Virus record (IMG/VR): IMGVR_UViG_3300042539_001740
DNA: 64,000 nt
Direction: 5' to 3' (one strand)
From: a virus
Lineage: Duplodnaviria; Caudoviricetes
Position 1 is the stretch's first letter, and every line of letters begins with the position of its first letter. The position numbers were made by a program, and so were the translations under genes. Positions 49,632 through 60,372 of the stretch are shown here, in pieces. Under the pieces are notes generated by a model that worked only from the letters and a program-made list of their open reading frames with translations, was not told the DNA's origin and ran no database searches.

Positions 49632-50809
49632 TGGAAAGTACAATTTATAACATAAGAATTTCACCTGAAAATATATCCAACGATTTATTTATTGTTCCGT
49701 ATTTCGGAGGATTTTCCCCACAAATTAGTGGAGACCCTTGTTGTGTTACGACTTTTTCAACAACACAAAAATATGAAGGATTTACGTATGTTTACTCCTC
49801 TATGACAAATGTTTTATCAGGCGGTACTAATGGGACTTCTTTATTAACAGGACTAACATTACCTATTTTATTTACACAATCAGCTGTAGATTTCGGATAT
49901 TATTCAGTATTTGATGGAATGATATTACAACAAGATGTAATGACTAATTTTGTCTTTACAGGCTCAACCATATTCCCAAACAATTTTACAGTAATTCTTT
50001 ACAATACATCAGAAATAGAACTAAAAAAATACTTGAGTTTTTCGAACTATCAAATTAGTTGGGGCGATGGTTCAACAACAACTATTGGACCTTATACTTC
50101 AACACCTTATACTCACACATATAGTTCTGCTGGAGAATATACAATAACTATGTCGGGTATGAGTCCTTGGGGTTATAACACAATTCAAAAAACACTAACA
50201 ATACCATTCTCTTCAACTACGATTAACAATCCAAATGGTACTGCGTATTTTACCCCACTTGGTGGAAGTTGGTCAGGAAGTGCTTTGAATTACAATTTTA
50301 TTTATAGTGGTGATTCAGATTGTGAAACAACAATAGAAGGATTCAATACATTTTTGGGTAACTCAGATTTAATCATATCAGGTTATAGTAAATCAGGACT
50401 TAATGATTTGGAAGTTTATGGTTCAATTAATAACCCTAATTTTTATTTAGGAAAATATAAAATCGGATGGCAAGTTACAGGTAGTTCCAATGTTGTTGGT
50501 ACTTTTTGGGGACCGAATCCAAATGGTTATACAGCATATACTATTAATGGTGTTGATTACTATGACTATCCTGATGGTACGACTTTATTCATCGTTAGTG
50601 GTGTGTCTGAGGTTGATTATGTTTGTTCTGCTATAACTAAAAATGAAGCACTACTCAATGTTATTGATGAACCTGCAATACAAACAAATGTTTTTGTTGA
50701 AAGGGGTAAGAATTCGGGTATTGAAACGATGATAAGATTGGGGGAGGTTGATAATCTTGGGGATTTAGATAATTATGGCTACGGATTTTTTAAAGTTACA
50801 AAGTTGTAA
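49631..50809 (+). CDS. Structural protein with a PKD (Ig-like) domain
   Basis: YQISWGDGSTTT...YTHTYSSAGEYTITMSG is the PKD signature. Confidence 0.7.
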   Translation: MESTIYNIRISPENISNDLFIVPYFGGFSPQISGDPCCVTTFSTTQKYEGFTYVYSSMTNVLSGGTNGTSLLTGLTLPILFTQSAVDFGYYSVFDGMILQQDVMTNFVFTGSTIFPNNFTVILYNTSEIELKKYLSFSNYQISWGDGSTTTIGPYTSTPYTHTYSSAGEYTITMSGMSPWGYNTIQKTLTIPFSSTTINNPNGTAYFTPLGGSWSGSALNYNFIYSGDSDCETTIEGFNTFLGNSDLIISGYSKSGLNDLEVYGSINNPNFYLGKYKIGWQVTGSSNVVGTFWGPNPNGYTAYTINGVDYYDYPDGTTLFIVSGVSEVDYVCSAITKNEALLNVIDEPAIQTNVFVERGKNSGIETMIRLGEVDNLGDLDNYGYGFFKVTKL

Positions 50810-50822
50810 CTTTAATATTTAT
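50790..50822 (+). promoter_or_regulatory. 11-bp hairpin (TTAAAGTTACA-AAGT-TGTAACTTTAA) abutting a TATTTAT box
   Basis: Arms at 50790-50800 and 50805-50815; box at 50816-50822. Confidence 0.55.
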
Positions 50823-50864
50823 TAATAGGTTAGTCAATATAAACTTAGAATAAAAGAATAATAA

Positions 50865-51773
50865 ATGGCACTCGCAAGTTATGGTACTATAAGACCATCA
50901 GATGTTTCACCAGAAGACGTTGAGATAATTTTACATTATACCCCATCAAGGGATGATACAGCTAATTTTGTATTGACTAAATTAGATTCAGTTTCATTAT
51001 TGAGACCATACTTTAACAATAGTAGTACTGGTGGTAATGCTAACATAGAAATATTAGGTGGTTTATATAATTTAAAATTACCTGCTGACCAATTTAATGC
51101 AATAGGAATTTACACAATTTATTTAAGACCAACTCAAATAAGAACTAAAATATTAGATTGTGGTGTGTTATCAGCATTACCTAATGTTAGAGGTATAATA
51201 ATTGATTTGAATCAAGTACCAAATCAATATAGAAACAAGTTTACAAATCAAGGTTTAGTTGGTTTCAGAATTGAATATCTTAACACAGATGGTTCAAAAA
51301 TACCTAACTTTTTTAGAGTAATTACATCTTCATTTTTCTGTGAACCTGTAATTCAAAATCTAACGAACACTTCGCAAAAAGCGATAAGATACAGATATAC
51401 TGATAGTAATAGTGGATTATTGTTTTGTACATTGTCACCATCATCAGCACCAACTAATAAACCGAATGCAATACCATACATTGGTCAACCTGACCAAGAT
51501 ATCATAATAACTAATACTTTCTTCAATCCAATAACCCTTGATATTGAAGTTGCTGAACACGATTTCTCAACGTTGGCTATTGCACTTTATGGTAATCAAA
51601 CCAAATCTATTGATGATGGTATCTACACTTACTACGATAGTCAAAATAACATATACAGACAATATAACCTATACGAAATCAGAGACCAGTTTAATGAGCT
51701 TCTATTTGAGGTAAGACAAGACAGAGGTAATAATATAGATTTCAGTAAAAACTTCACTAACATCACTTCGTAA
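50865..51773 (+). CDS. Hypothetical structural protein (302 aa)
   Basis: ORF with a TATTTAT box, in the baseplate operon. Confidence 0.7.
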   Translation: MALASYGTIRPSDVSPEDVEIILHYTPSRDDTANFVLTKLDSVSLLRPYFNNSSTGGNANIEILGGLYNLKLPADQFNAIGIYTIYLRPTQIRTKILDCGVLSALPNVRGIIIDLNQVPNQYRNKFTNQGLVGFRIEYLNTDGSKIPNFFRVITSSFFCEPVIQNLTNTSQKAIRYRYTDSNSGLLFCTLSPSSAPTNKPNAIPYIGQPDQDIIITNTFFNPITLDIEVAEHDFSTLAIALYGNQTKSIDDGIYTYYDSQNNIYRQYNLYEIRDQFNELLFEVRQDRGNNIDFSKNFTNITS

Positions 51774-54700
51774 TGGCTAAATTCACATGTCCTCCTCAAA
51801 CACCATCAGGTGCTGGTACTTTTGCAAATAATCTAGTTGGTTTACAATTAGTTACTGGTGGGGGTTTGACACAAGGAACATTTAATTTTACACTTTCGGC
51901 AAGTGAAAAAGTTAATAGAAACTTTTCCACTGGTACTTTTTCTAATCCAATCAGTTTGGATTCGATGGGTATCATAGATATTAATCAAGCCAAAGCTATT
52001 ATAGAAAATAATTACAAAGTTTATCCAAATTTTGATTTAACTCAAGTTACAAACTTTGTTTTATATGGGTCTATGGCCAAAAGGATGTCAGCTGCAGTAA
52101 CACAAGTTATTAGTTATTTTCCTGCAGCACTAGAATCAACGACATTAAGATTGGATTATTCCACTGGTGTAACAGCATTTAATGTTGTTTTCAGTTTACA
52201 ATATAATGAAACAACGTTTGAATTAGACCTTACCAAAATAAGAAATCCTTTTGGAATTGATTATACAACTAACTCAACTAGAAATCTGTCCCTCAGAGAG
52301 ATACCAGTATCAACATTGAGGAATATGACATTAGAATATGCCAAGTATTCCTTATATTATAATGAAATTGGGTATCAAGTTAAACGTATAGTACCAACAA
52401 ATTCTTTAACATCAGGTAATTTAAGTATTACTGTCGTTGGTAATCCATTTTCAGGTGAAACGAATGTTTTTGGAAATATTATAATAAGACCAAATGATAG
52501 TGAAGTTAATAAAGTTTTTAATGAAAATTTAGACGAAGTTGAAAACTTCTTATTAAATAGAACATCAACACCGATATATACAGCATCTTTCGTCATCCCT
52601 AAAGAAGCTGATGATGGAACGTATTACTCCGATAATGCTTCGGTAACTTGGCCAATATTGGGATTATGGAATTTGGACATTATCTCAAGCACTTTTGTTG
52701 ATTACTTAACAGTGTTGAACGACATCAGTGTATCATTTGATTCATATAGGACAAATCTTGTATCAAGATTTTTTACAACACCAGCATTTAAAGAATTTGA
52801 TACCATTGGTCAAAAAATGGATAAAGTTCTCCAAATCTATGGTAGAAGTTTTGATGAGGTAAATAAATATATCACAAGTTTATCTTATGTTACATCGGTT
52901 AACTACAATGTAAGAAATGACATCCCATCTCAATTATTAAGAAATTTAGCTCAAACTTTAGGTTGGCAGACGAATATTTCACCGATAACTAATACTGATT
53001 TTTTAAACTCTGTTTTTGGTCAAACAAATCAAGAAAAATCTATGTTCAGTGGGGTTCCAGTTGCTCAAACACCCGATGAATTGAATTATCAATTTTACAG
53101 AAATGTCTTATTGAATACCGCTTATTTATTCAAATCAAAAGGTACTAGAAAATCAATTGAAAATTTGTTAAGATTAATTGGTGCACCTGAAGCTTTGGTT
53201 GAATTTAATGAGTACGTTTACTTAGCCGACCAACGAATTAATATAAATAAGTTTAATAGTTATTATGCACAAATTTCAGGTGGTACTTTAGTAGAACAAA
53301 CACCAACACTAGAAAGTTCGAATGTCTTCACTTTGTTTGGCGTACAATATACTGGATTTACAACTACTGTAACAATAAAAGACGTTAATATAACAATTGA
53401 TGAATTCCCAATTGACGAATTTGGATTTCCCAAACCAATAACGGATAGTGAAGCTTATTTTTTTCAGATAGGTAGTGGATGGTTTGAACAAACCCCACAA
53501 CACAGAGCACCTGAACAAGTGAATTCAACTTTAAGTGTTTTCACAGGACTGAATCCCGATTATCAAACAAGTTTAAAACCATACACTTATGGTCAAGAAT
53601 ATTTAGACAGATTCAGAAAATTTCCATTTATTCAATTAGGCTATAATATTTCACCATCTGTTGATAATAACAAATCTTGGTACGATTCTGAAGTACTACT
53701 AAGAGTTAACTTAGATGGTAATATTAACGCAAGATACTTCGTTGCTGATGACAAATTAGTTTTAAATGTTAAGAATACTGAGATATTTTTGAATCCTGCA
53801 CAAGGACTTTTATATGATGTTTGGTATATGTCACGTTTGTACAATTATCCAATACCAAATCAAGGTATGAATTATGTCAATCCGAATGGGTGTTTTCCAA
53901 ACGCGGCAAGTTGCTACCCTGATAGAAATGGTGTTGATTGGACGATTATTAACCCACAACCAAAACAAAAAACCTTCTTCGAATTTGCTCAAACATTTTG
54001 GAAGAATACGATTAATGTAAGAAATAGACAATATTCTACTGATGGTAAAACTAGTGGTTACCCAACACTACAATCAATTTATTGGAAATATTTACAATCA
54101 TTACAAGATGTGAATATAGCAAACAATAATTTCACTTACCAAACTATGATAGAATACGTTAATGGTTTGGGTGATTATTGGATACGCTTAATTGAACAAA
54201 TGGTTCCAGCAACAACCATTTGGAATACTGGTGTCAAGTTAGAAAACTCAATTTTCCATAGACAGAAATTTCAATGGAAAAGACAAAGAGGTTGTCAGAT
54301 TATATTAGATACACCACCACCAACACCTGACCCTGTTGATTTATGTGAGTGTATAAGTATTACTGGTGCTTCAGTTGGAAGTAGTACATTAATAACAACA
54401 TTGAGTCCTAATGGTTATGTTAATGGCAAACAATCATTCTTGGGTTATGACCCTTGTTGTGGTTTAGTTAAAGATATAATTATTTCTTATAATTCGGGGT
54501 CAACTCGTTGGGAATATTATTATGATGGAACTCTTGTAGGTACTTTAAACTCAACATCTGATTGCCCAATTGGTAGTGTTTGGTCGAATACAAAAAATAA
54601 TGTTGGAACTATTTCATCAACTAATAGAACTATTTGCCCAAATCCTGCATCGTTTACACCATTGAGACCTAATCCTTGTAGACCATGTGAGTTGAATGAT

Positions 54701-55150
54701 AGTTTATATACCTACGATTGTCCTATACAAAACACAGAGTGTCCAAAATATCCTTGGTTAAGTGACCCAAAACTTGGTAGTTTTGGTAGTGTTTTAGGTA
54801 AATTGTTGAATGAATATCTTACTTCTATTGGTTATGACCCAAATAATTGTAGTTTGAATACGTTAACCACAGAGTGGTATGTGGATATTAGGATAGATGA
54901 TATTCAAGTTGTTTCTTACCCATTCTTCAATGGAATAGGATATAATTTAATACCATTAAGTTATCCTACAACTACGAATTGGGACACAGCATTAGTTACC
55001 GCTATGAATTTGATTAAACCACTAGGTTATGATTATTACTTTACTAGTGACGATACTATTGTAGTTTATAATCAAGTGTGTTCTGTGTCAGAAGCTGATA
55101 TTAACTTCAAGTTAAATATCGGAATAAACTTCTCAATTTATTGTGTATAA
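51773..55150 (+). CDS. Baseplate wedge protein with a P2 gpI / T4 gp7-like domain and a Cys-rich insertion
   Basis: LLRNLAQTLGW...AYLFKSKGTRKSIENLLRLIG is the gpI-like signature. Confidence 0.65.
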   Translation: MAKFTCPPQTPSGAGTFANNLVGLQLVTGGGLTQGTFNFTLSASEKVNRNFSTGTFSNPISLDSMGIIDINQAKAIIENNYKVYPNFDLTQVTNFVLYGSMAKRMSAAVTQVISYFPAALESTTLRLDYSTGVTAFNVVFSLQYNETTFELDLTKIRNPFGIDYTTNSTRNLSLREIPVSTLRNMTLEYAKYSLYYNEIGYQVKRIVPTNSLTSGNLSITVVGNPFSGETNVFGNIIIRPNDSEVNKVFNENLDEVENFLLNRTSTPIYTASFVIPKEADDGTYYSDNASVTWPILGLWNLDIISSTFVDYLTVLNDISVSFDSYRTNLVSRFFTTPAFKEFDTIGQKMDKVLQIYGRSFDEVNKYITSLSYVTSVNYNVRNDIPSQLLRNLAQTLGWQTNISPITNTDFLNSVFGQTNQEKSMFSGVPVAQTPDELNYQFYRNVLLNTAYLFKSKGTRKSIENLLRLIGAPEALVEFNEYVYLADQRININKFNSYYAQISGGTLVEQTPTLESSNVFTLFGVQYTGFTTTVTIKDVNITIDEFPIDEFGFPKPITDSEAYFFQIGSGWFEQTPQHRAPEQVNSTLSVFTGLNPDYQTSLKPYTYGQEYLDRFRKFPFIQLGYNISPSVDNNKSWYDSEVLLRVNLDGNINARYFVADDKLVLNVKNTEIFLNPAQGLLYDVWYMSRLYNYPIPNQGMNYVNPNGCFPNAASCYPDRNGVDWTIINPQPKQKTFFEFAQTFWKNTINVRNRQYSTDGKTSGYPTLQSIYWKYLQSLQDVNIANNNFTYQTMIEYVNGLGDYWIRLIEQMVPATTIWNTGVKLENSIFHRQKFQWKRQRGCQIILDTPPPTPDPVDLCECISITGASVGSSTLITTLSPNGYVNGKQSFLGYDPCCGLVKDIIISYNSGSTRWEYYYDGTLVGTLNSTSDCPIGSVWSNTKNNVGTISSTNRTICPNPASFTPLRPNPCRPCELNDSLYTYDCPIQNTECPKYPWLSDPKLGSFGSVLGKLLNEYLTSIGYDPNNCSLNTLTTEWYVDIRIDDIQVVSYPFFNGIGYNLIPLSYPTTTNWDTALVTAMNLIKPLGYDYYFTSDDTIVVYNQVCSVSEADINFKLNIGINFSIYCV

Positions 55151-57291
55151 TGTCTTGTTTTTTAGATGTAGTAGTAAATAGTATAACTGGTGATTGTAGT
55201 AATACGTCCTCAGGTGCGTTTAATATAAGTATCAATGGTAGTGCTCCTGATTTTACAATTTCTTGGATTGACCCTAGTTTTGGTACAATTCCACTTAGTG
55301 GTGCCACAGGGTACACAATTAGTGGACTTTCGGGTGGTTCTTATGTATTTAATGTTATTGATAGTTGTTCAGGAGGTAGTACAACATTTCCTGTAAGTGT
55401 CTATATTTCGACAGGGACTTGTGTTACCTTGACAGGTGTTCAGAATACAACTTGTAATCTGAGTAATGGTAGTATTACTGCTGATACAACAAATTATTAT
55501 AATTCACCTACTTTTAGTTTATACGAAATATCGAGTGGGTTTATTACTTCAGGACAAAGTTTCAACAATATCTTCACATTTAATTCTTTATCTGCAGGTA
55601 CATATTATGTTATTGCGGACGATGGTGGGGGATGTACTGGTAAATCTGAATCATGTATTGTTAAGTCATCAACTACGTTAGATTTTGGTGTATATGTCAT
55701 CAATGATGCGGGATGTGCAGTGGACTCAGGGGCAATCTACGTTACTGGTCAAACTGGAGTACCACCATACACATATTTGTGGTCAAATGGTCAAACAACC
55801 CCATCAATCACAGGATTAACACCTGGTAATTACAATGTGGTGGTGACAGATAGTGCTGGTTGTTCTAATAGTTTGGGTGTGGTTGTAAATGAAGTACCAC
55901 CAATTGGATTGGGAACATTTACAATTACAAATCCATCTTGTTACACTTCGGATGGAAGTGTAACAGTTGTTACAACTGGTGGTACTGCACCTTTTTATTA
56001 TTCAGGTTCTAACGGAACTGTAACAATTACTTTTGCTTCGAGTTATACATTTACTGGTGTTGCCGCAGGTAATTTCTCAGTTAGTGTAACTGATGCTGGT
56101 TTATGTAATTTTGTGGCATCCACAATTTTGTTGACTCCGAATTCATTTACTAACGTAACAGTTTCAACAACCAACTCACTATGTAATAATAATACAGGTG
56201 TTGTTTCAGTTTCTCTATTTGGTGGTTCCCCTCCTTATTCATATACTCTGATAGATTTCACAGGAAACTCAGCAACAACAGTTACTAATGCAACAAATGT
56301 AAACTTTAATGCCTTGGAATCGGGTAATTACACCTTACAAATTACTGATGGAGGACCTTGTGTTTTTACTCAAGCTGTGACAATAAATAATACAATTTTA
56401 TATACTTTAAGTTCAGTTGTATCAGGTACAACTTGTGGACAAAATAATGGTGTTGTTACTTTAAATATAAGTAGTGGAGGTACACCACCCTACATCTATC
56501 AGATGGATGGTGTTTTAGTTAACACAAGTTTGTCAGGTTATACATTTTCAGGATTAGCACCTGGTAATTACACAGCATCTGTAATTGATGCTAATTTATG
56601 TCAACAATTTTTACCAATATTAATACCAACCTCATCCTCGGTAAATTTTATATTAAACCCAACATCACCACTATCGGGAAATGATGGGATGATAGAAACT
56701 TTTATATTAGAAGGTGAACCTCCGTTTAATTTAATATGGAGTTCAAACGCACCAAGTGGACAAACTGGTTTAACAATAACTGGTCTCACTGCTGGTACGT
56801 ACAATCTAAGTGTTACAGATGATAATGGATGTACACAAGTAAGAAGTGTAACTTTATTCGGATACAATTTAATATCTTCATATCAAGTTTTAAATATTTG
56901 CAACGATAATTTTGTAAATTCGGGTCAATTAATCAAAAAGGGACTACAACAGATGTATCTTGAAGGTTTTCATGACTTAACATCAGGTGATACCAATTGT
57001 TTACTAAGTGCCGCAACTTTTGTTTGTGAAGTTAGTGTAAATGGGGTAACCAACTCAATTGGTTTTTATAATTCCACATCGTTAAACGATTTTCCAACTG
57101 ATAGTGTATATTTTAATGTTGTTGAAATATTATTATCACTATACCCCGAATTAGAAACAATAACTATTGATATATCGACAGGTGAGATATTAATTAGTTC
57201 ATTGTGTAATCCATCCATTGGGATGATTGATGCAACAATAATTGTGAGTGTAATAATTCTTTACAACATAAATTGTGTAAGTTGTGCATAA
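55150..57291 (+). CDS. SprB-repeat protein (about 7 repeats), putative tail fibre / virion adhesin
   Basis: Repeats of C...G.I.....GG.PPY.Y.W.....GL..G.Y.V.V.D..GC, e.g. GVPPYTYLWSNGQTTPSITGLTPGNYNVVVTDSAGC. ATG at 55150 overlaps the upstream TAA. Confidence 0.75.
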   Translation: MSCFLDVVVNSITGDCSNTSSGAFNISINGSAPDFTISWIDPSFGTIPLSGATGYTISGLSGGSYVFNVIDSCSGGSTTFPVSVYISTGTCVTLTGVQNTTCNLSNGSITADTTNYYNSPTFSLYEISSGFITSGQSFNNIFTFNSLSAGTYYVIADDGGGCTGKSESCIVKSSTTLDFGVYVINDAGCAVDSGAIYVTGQTGVPPYTYLWSNGQTTPSITGLTPGNYNVVVTDSAGCSNSLGVVVNEVPPIGLGTFTITNPSCYTSDGSVTVVTTGGTAPFYYSGSNGTVTITFASSYTFTGVAAGNFSVSVTDAGLCNFVASTILLTPNSFTNVTVSTTNSLCNNNTGVVSVSLFGGSPPYSYTLIDFTGNSATTVTNATNVNFNALESGNYTLQITDGGPCVFTQAVTINNTILYTLSSVVSGTTCGQNNGVVTLNISSGGTPPYIYQMDGVLVNTSLSGYTFSGLAPGNYTASVIDANLCQQFLPILIPTSSSVNFILNPTSPLSGNDGMIETFILEGEPPFNLIWSSNAPSGQTGLTITGLTAGTYNLSVTDDNGCTQVRSVTLFGYNLISSYQVLNICNDNFVNSGQLIKKGLQQMYLEGFHDLTSGDTNCLLSAATFVCEVSVNGVTNSIGFYNSTSLNDFPTDSVYFNVVEILLSLYPELETITIDISTGEILISSLCNPSIGMIDATIIVSVIILYNINCVSCA

Positions 57292-57292
57292 T

Positions 57293-57325
57293 AAAAAACC
57301 CCACCTAAAAAGTGGGGTTTAATTT
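57293..57325. terminator. Bidirectional terminator between the convergent operons
   Basis: AAACCCCAC-CTAAAAA-GTGGGGTTT flanked by an A-tract and a T-rich tract. Confidence 0.8.
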
Positions 57326-57924
57326 TACCATAAATTTTCTTGTTTCATATATCCTAACACACAACAATAAGCATCACTCATATCAAAATTCTCTTTCTTA
57401 AGAGTATTGTTTTTTGTGTAACCCCAATTTATTTGAGGTTCTCTTTTGGCTACTTGTTCCCAAATAATTTGTTTTTTGTCACAATCCTTTGGTAATCCAC
57501 CAAACAAAACAAACTTCCCTTTACCATTATCTTTCACTAACCATGGGAAAGCGTTTTTTCTTGAGTTGTATGTTGATATGTATTCAGGAACAATACCTAA
57601 AACATCATATATCTCTTTGGAAATAAGAGTATTATATCTCATTAAAGTTTGTATAGTATAAACATTGTTACTATTTAAAAGTGGCTCTTCGATAACAACT
57701 TTTTTGATGTTTAATTCATCATACCCCTCTAATTTAGTTTTGAAAATTTCGGTCTTAAGAAATAATTCCTTCATTTTATTTTCTTCTTTAGGTTTGGTTA
57801 CTGGTGAGATATGAGTTAATTCCAATAATTCCTTACTTTCTATGTCAAACAATGCCCAACCAATTGTTTTCGTAGAAATATCTAACCCCAAAACCTTTGG
57901 GGATTGTTTCATTTTATCATTCAT
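57325..57924 (-). CDS. RuvC-like Holliday junction resolvase
   Basis: RNase H-fold catalytic pattern: VLGLDIST..IGWA, VVIEEP, DMSDAY. Confidence 0.8.
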   Translation of the reverse strand: MNDKMKQSPKVLGLDISTKTIGWALFDIESKELLELTHISPVTKPKEENKMKELFLKTEIFKTKLEGYDELNIKKVVIEEPLLNSNNVYTIQTLMRYNTLISKEIYDVLGIVPEYISTYNSRKNAFPWLVKDNGKGKFVLFGGLPKDCDKKQIIWEQVAKREPQINWGYTKNNTLKKENFDMSDAYCCVLGYMKQENLW

Positions 57925-57927
57925 AAA

Positions 57928-60348
57928 TTAAATATCTAATTTGATTACAAACTGTTGAATCCCCGTTCTCGGATATGGAGATTGTAGCTTTGAAACAATC
58001 ATAAGATTTTTGTCTGAATCGTAAAGACCAATTTCAGTTACGAATGGTTGGACTGAAGTATTCCACGATGGATTTGAGGAGTATTGGAATTCTGATTGAC
58101 CTAATACTATCTGATACCTCATTTCATAAATTGTGGCTTGAATGTCAGTTTCTATATTACCATAAAAATAATATTCATCACCAAAATTTAATTGAGTTCC
58201 TGAAAAACCTGCCGTAGTTATATCAATATAATCACTTAAGTCATAAAGTGGTGCATTATCATATAAGTCCTGAGTTATAACAAACGTATTACCTGTTAAA
58301 CCTGATTGTGTTAAATACCCATTATTACTTGTACCACTAAGTTGGAAATTATAGTCAATTATTCTCCATTGTGATGGTTCTGGTCTACCATTACCCTCAA
58401 CCTTTTGACAAATAATTTCAAATGAATCAGCAATAAAACCTGACGTAATATCACAACCTACAGAACATATACTTGGATTAGATGATAAACAATTAAATTC
58501 ATCACCAAATCTTACACTAACATTTTGAGAATTCAAAGGATTACAAGTTATGTTAGGTCCTTGTATTACTTGATAATAATTAGAATGTAAAGAATTAGTA
58601 TAGGCTGAAGAGTTTGATAATCGATATGTAACGTGTAAATATTCAGTTTCGCCAGTCAGAATTCCCTCAACAGATTCGTTATCCAAACCACAAATATTTG
58701 GTGTAATTAAAGCAACCTTTGGCGCTGGTAATGTCCAGTTTCTATTGGCTTTATATGACATTGCGGCAATAATCTCTTCATCATCAATAATGATTAGTTT
58801 GTGGTCAGGAAATACCTTACCAATTCTGTTTGGTATTCCCGCAATCGGTGTTGTATTTGGGTTTGGATTAGTATCCCATAGGTGATAATATCTTATACCT
58901 GGATTATTCATATCTTGGTTTTGATTTGACTCCAAGTAATGAACAGTAAATAATGGTATAATTAAATCATCAAAACCAGGAGGGTCAACATAAAAAGTTT
59001 GTCCATAACAACATTCAGGGTTTTTATGCCACATTAACCACGGAATGTGTAATTTGAAATTCCTTGCTTCTCCTATTGTATCATCAGGTTCAGTAATATC
59101 GTGAGGTTCCAAGGCGAATTTTTCACCATAGAAAAAATCAATCGTATTATTAGTATAATGAATAATAGCAATGGCCTTTTGTTCTTCAGGTGTAACTACA
59201 ACCTTTTCATCAAAAGAGTTATAATAATAAGTTGAATCAGTATCGGTTTGTCCACTACTTGAAGCGTAACCAAAATATTCTTTAGACCCCAAATAATCAA
59301 TAGAACCAAATTTAGTATAATCTTTGTGTGTTGAGGAATTTATACCTGCTGGACTTTCTGACCAAGGAATATTCATATTCCAAATTTTAACATCAAATTG
59401 GTCAGTATAACAAACCGATTCAAAATTGATAACATCATATGGGAAGTGTTGAGATGGTGTTACACTATCATAAATCTCAGTCATTCCTGATGGATATACA
59501 ATTACACGAGCATAACAATCACCACTTAAATATGTAAAATCAGGTGTTGACCTATCCAAAGTTATATTATCCAAACAAACATCAACAATTCGATATGTTA
59601 AAATCGTATAACAACTTGACATATCCACAACACAAGTTGCAGTATAACTCGGTAAACACGGGCCACAATTAGTCACAGGACAAGTTGTGGTTGTAGTTGT
59701 TGTTGGAGGTGATGGTGGACTACAAGCGTCAGTTGTTGTTGTTGTCGTTACTGGTAAGGTAGTTGTAGTAGTTGTTGCAGTGAAACAATTACAGTCATTA
59801 ACACCATTACCATCATAAATTATCGTTATAAAATCACCAATTTGATAGTTCCTAACAAAATCATTGTTACATGTAATTGCCGAAACCACAATCAAATTTG
59901 AACCATTCAAACCACTCATTTGTATTACATAGTTAGATGTTAGTGCGTAGTCACCTGTGGTTATTGCACTCCACTCTATGTTTGAACCTGATGTTGTACC
60001 TAAGAAAAACCCCCTTGGTGATGCTGTATTATACACTGGACTTACAATCGATTGCATAAATGGGATTCCATATGTATTTCCGTTGTTACCATCCACGTAG
60101 TAAGGGTATTTAATGTTTTCCTTATTTGATTGAGGAACACCTGCCGAATTTTGAGCATTGAAACTTGGCTCTAATACTCTACTATTATATTGGTTATAAC
60201 TTGTTTGAGGAATAGCATTATACGAAACTTCACTATCACCAATTTGAAAATAACTTATATTAAAATTACCTTGAGAAATTTTTTGTCTCCCAGTATCGGT
60301 AATCCTTGTGTTTATTAAACCTGCTGTGTTTTTTAAAATATATCCCAT
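57928..60348 (-). CDS. Tail-fibre attachment protein (P2 gpH N-terminal / DUF3751-like domain split by a large insertion with poly-Thr linkers)
   Basis: N-terminal ITDTGRQKISQG..ISYFQIGDSE and C-terminal VTEIGLYDSDKNLMIVSKL match the two ends of the gpH-type collar domain. Confidence 0.55.
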   Translation of the reverse strand: MGYILKNTAGLINTRITDTGRQKISQGNFNISYFQIGDSEVSYNAIPQTSYNQYNSRVLEPSFNAQNSAGVPQSNKENIKYPYYVDGNNGNTYGIPFMQSIVSPVYNTASPRGFFLGTTSGSNIEWSAITTGDYALTSNYVIQMSGLNGSNLIVVSAITCNNDFVRNYQIGDFITIIYDGNGVNDCNCFTATTTTTTLPVTTTTTTDACSPPSPPTTTTTTTCPVTNCGPCLPSYTATCVVDMSSCYTILTYRIVDVCLDNITLDRSTPDFTYLSGDCYARVIVYPSGMTEIYDSVTPSQHFPYDVINFESVCYTDQFDVKIWNMNIPWSESPAGINSSTHKDYTKFGSIDYLGSKEYFGYASSSGQTDTDSTYYYNSFDEKVVVTPEEQKAIAIIHYTNNTIDFFYGEKFALEPHDITEPDDTIGEARNFKLHIPWLMWHKNPECCYGQTFYVDPPGFDDLIIPLFTVHYLESNQNQDMNNPGIRYYHLWDTNPNPNTTPIAGIPNRIGKVFPDHKLIIIDDEEIIAAMSYKANRNWTLPAPKVALITPNICGLDNESVEGILTGETEYLHVTYRLSNSSAYTNSLHSNYYQVIQGPNITCNPLNSQNVSVRFGDEFNCLSSNPSICSVGCDITSGFIADSFEIICQKVEGNGRPEPSQWRIIDYNFQLSGTSNNGYLTQSGLTGNTFVITQDLYDNAPLYDLSDYIDITTAGFSGTQLNFGDEYYFYGNIETDIQATIYEMRYQIVLGQSEFQYSSNPSWNTSVQPFVTEIGLYDSDKNLMIVSKLQSPYPRTGIQQFVIKLDI
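59683..59781 (-). repeat. Low-complexity ACN-codon tracts encoding TATTTTTTLPVTTTTTTDACSPPSPPTTTTTTTC
   Basis: Imperfect GTT/GTA trinucleotide runs on the + strand. Confidence 0.85.
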
Positions 60349-60352
60349 AAAG

Positions 60353-60359
60353 ATAAATA
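60353..60359 (-). promoter_or_regulatory. TATTTAT box
   Basis: 4 nt upstream of ATG 60348 on the minus strand. Confidence 0.55.
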
Positions 60360-60372
60360 TCGAAAATTGATT

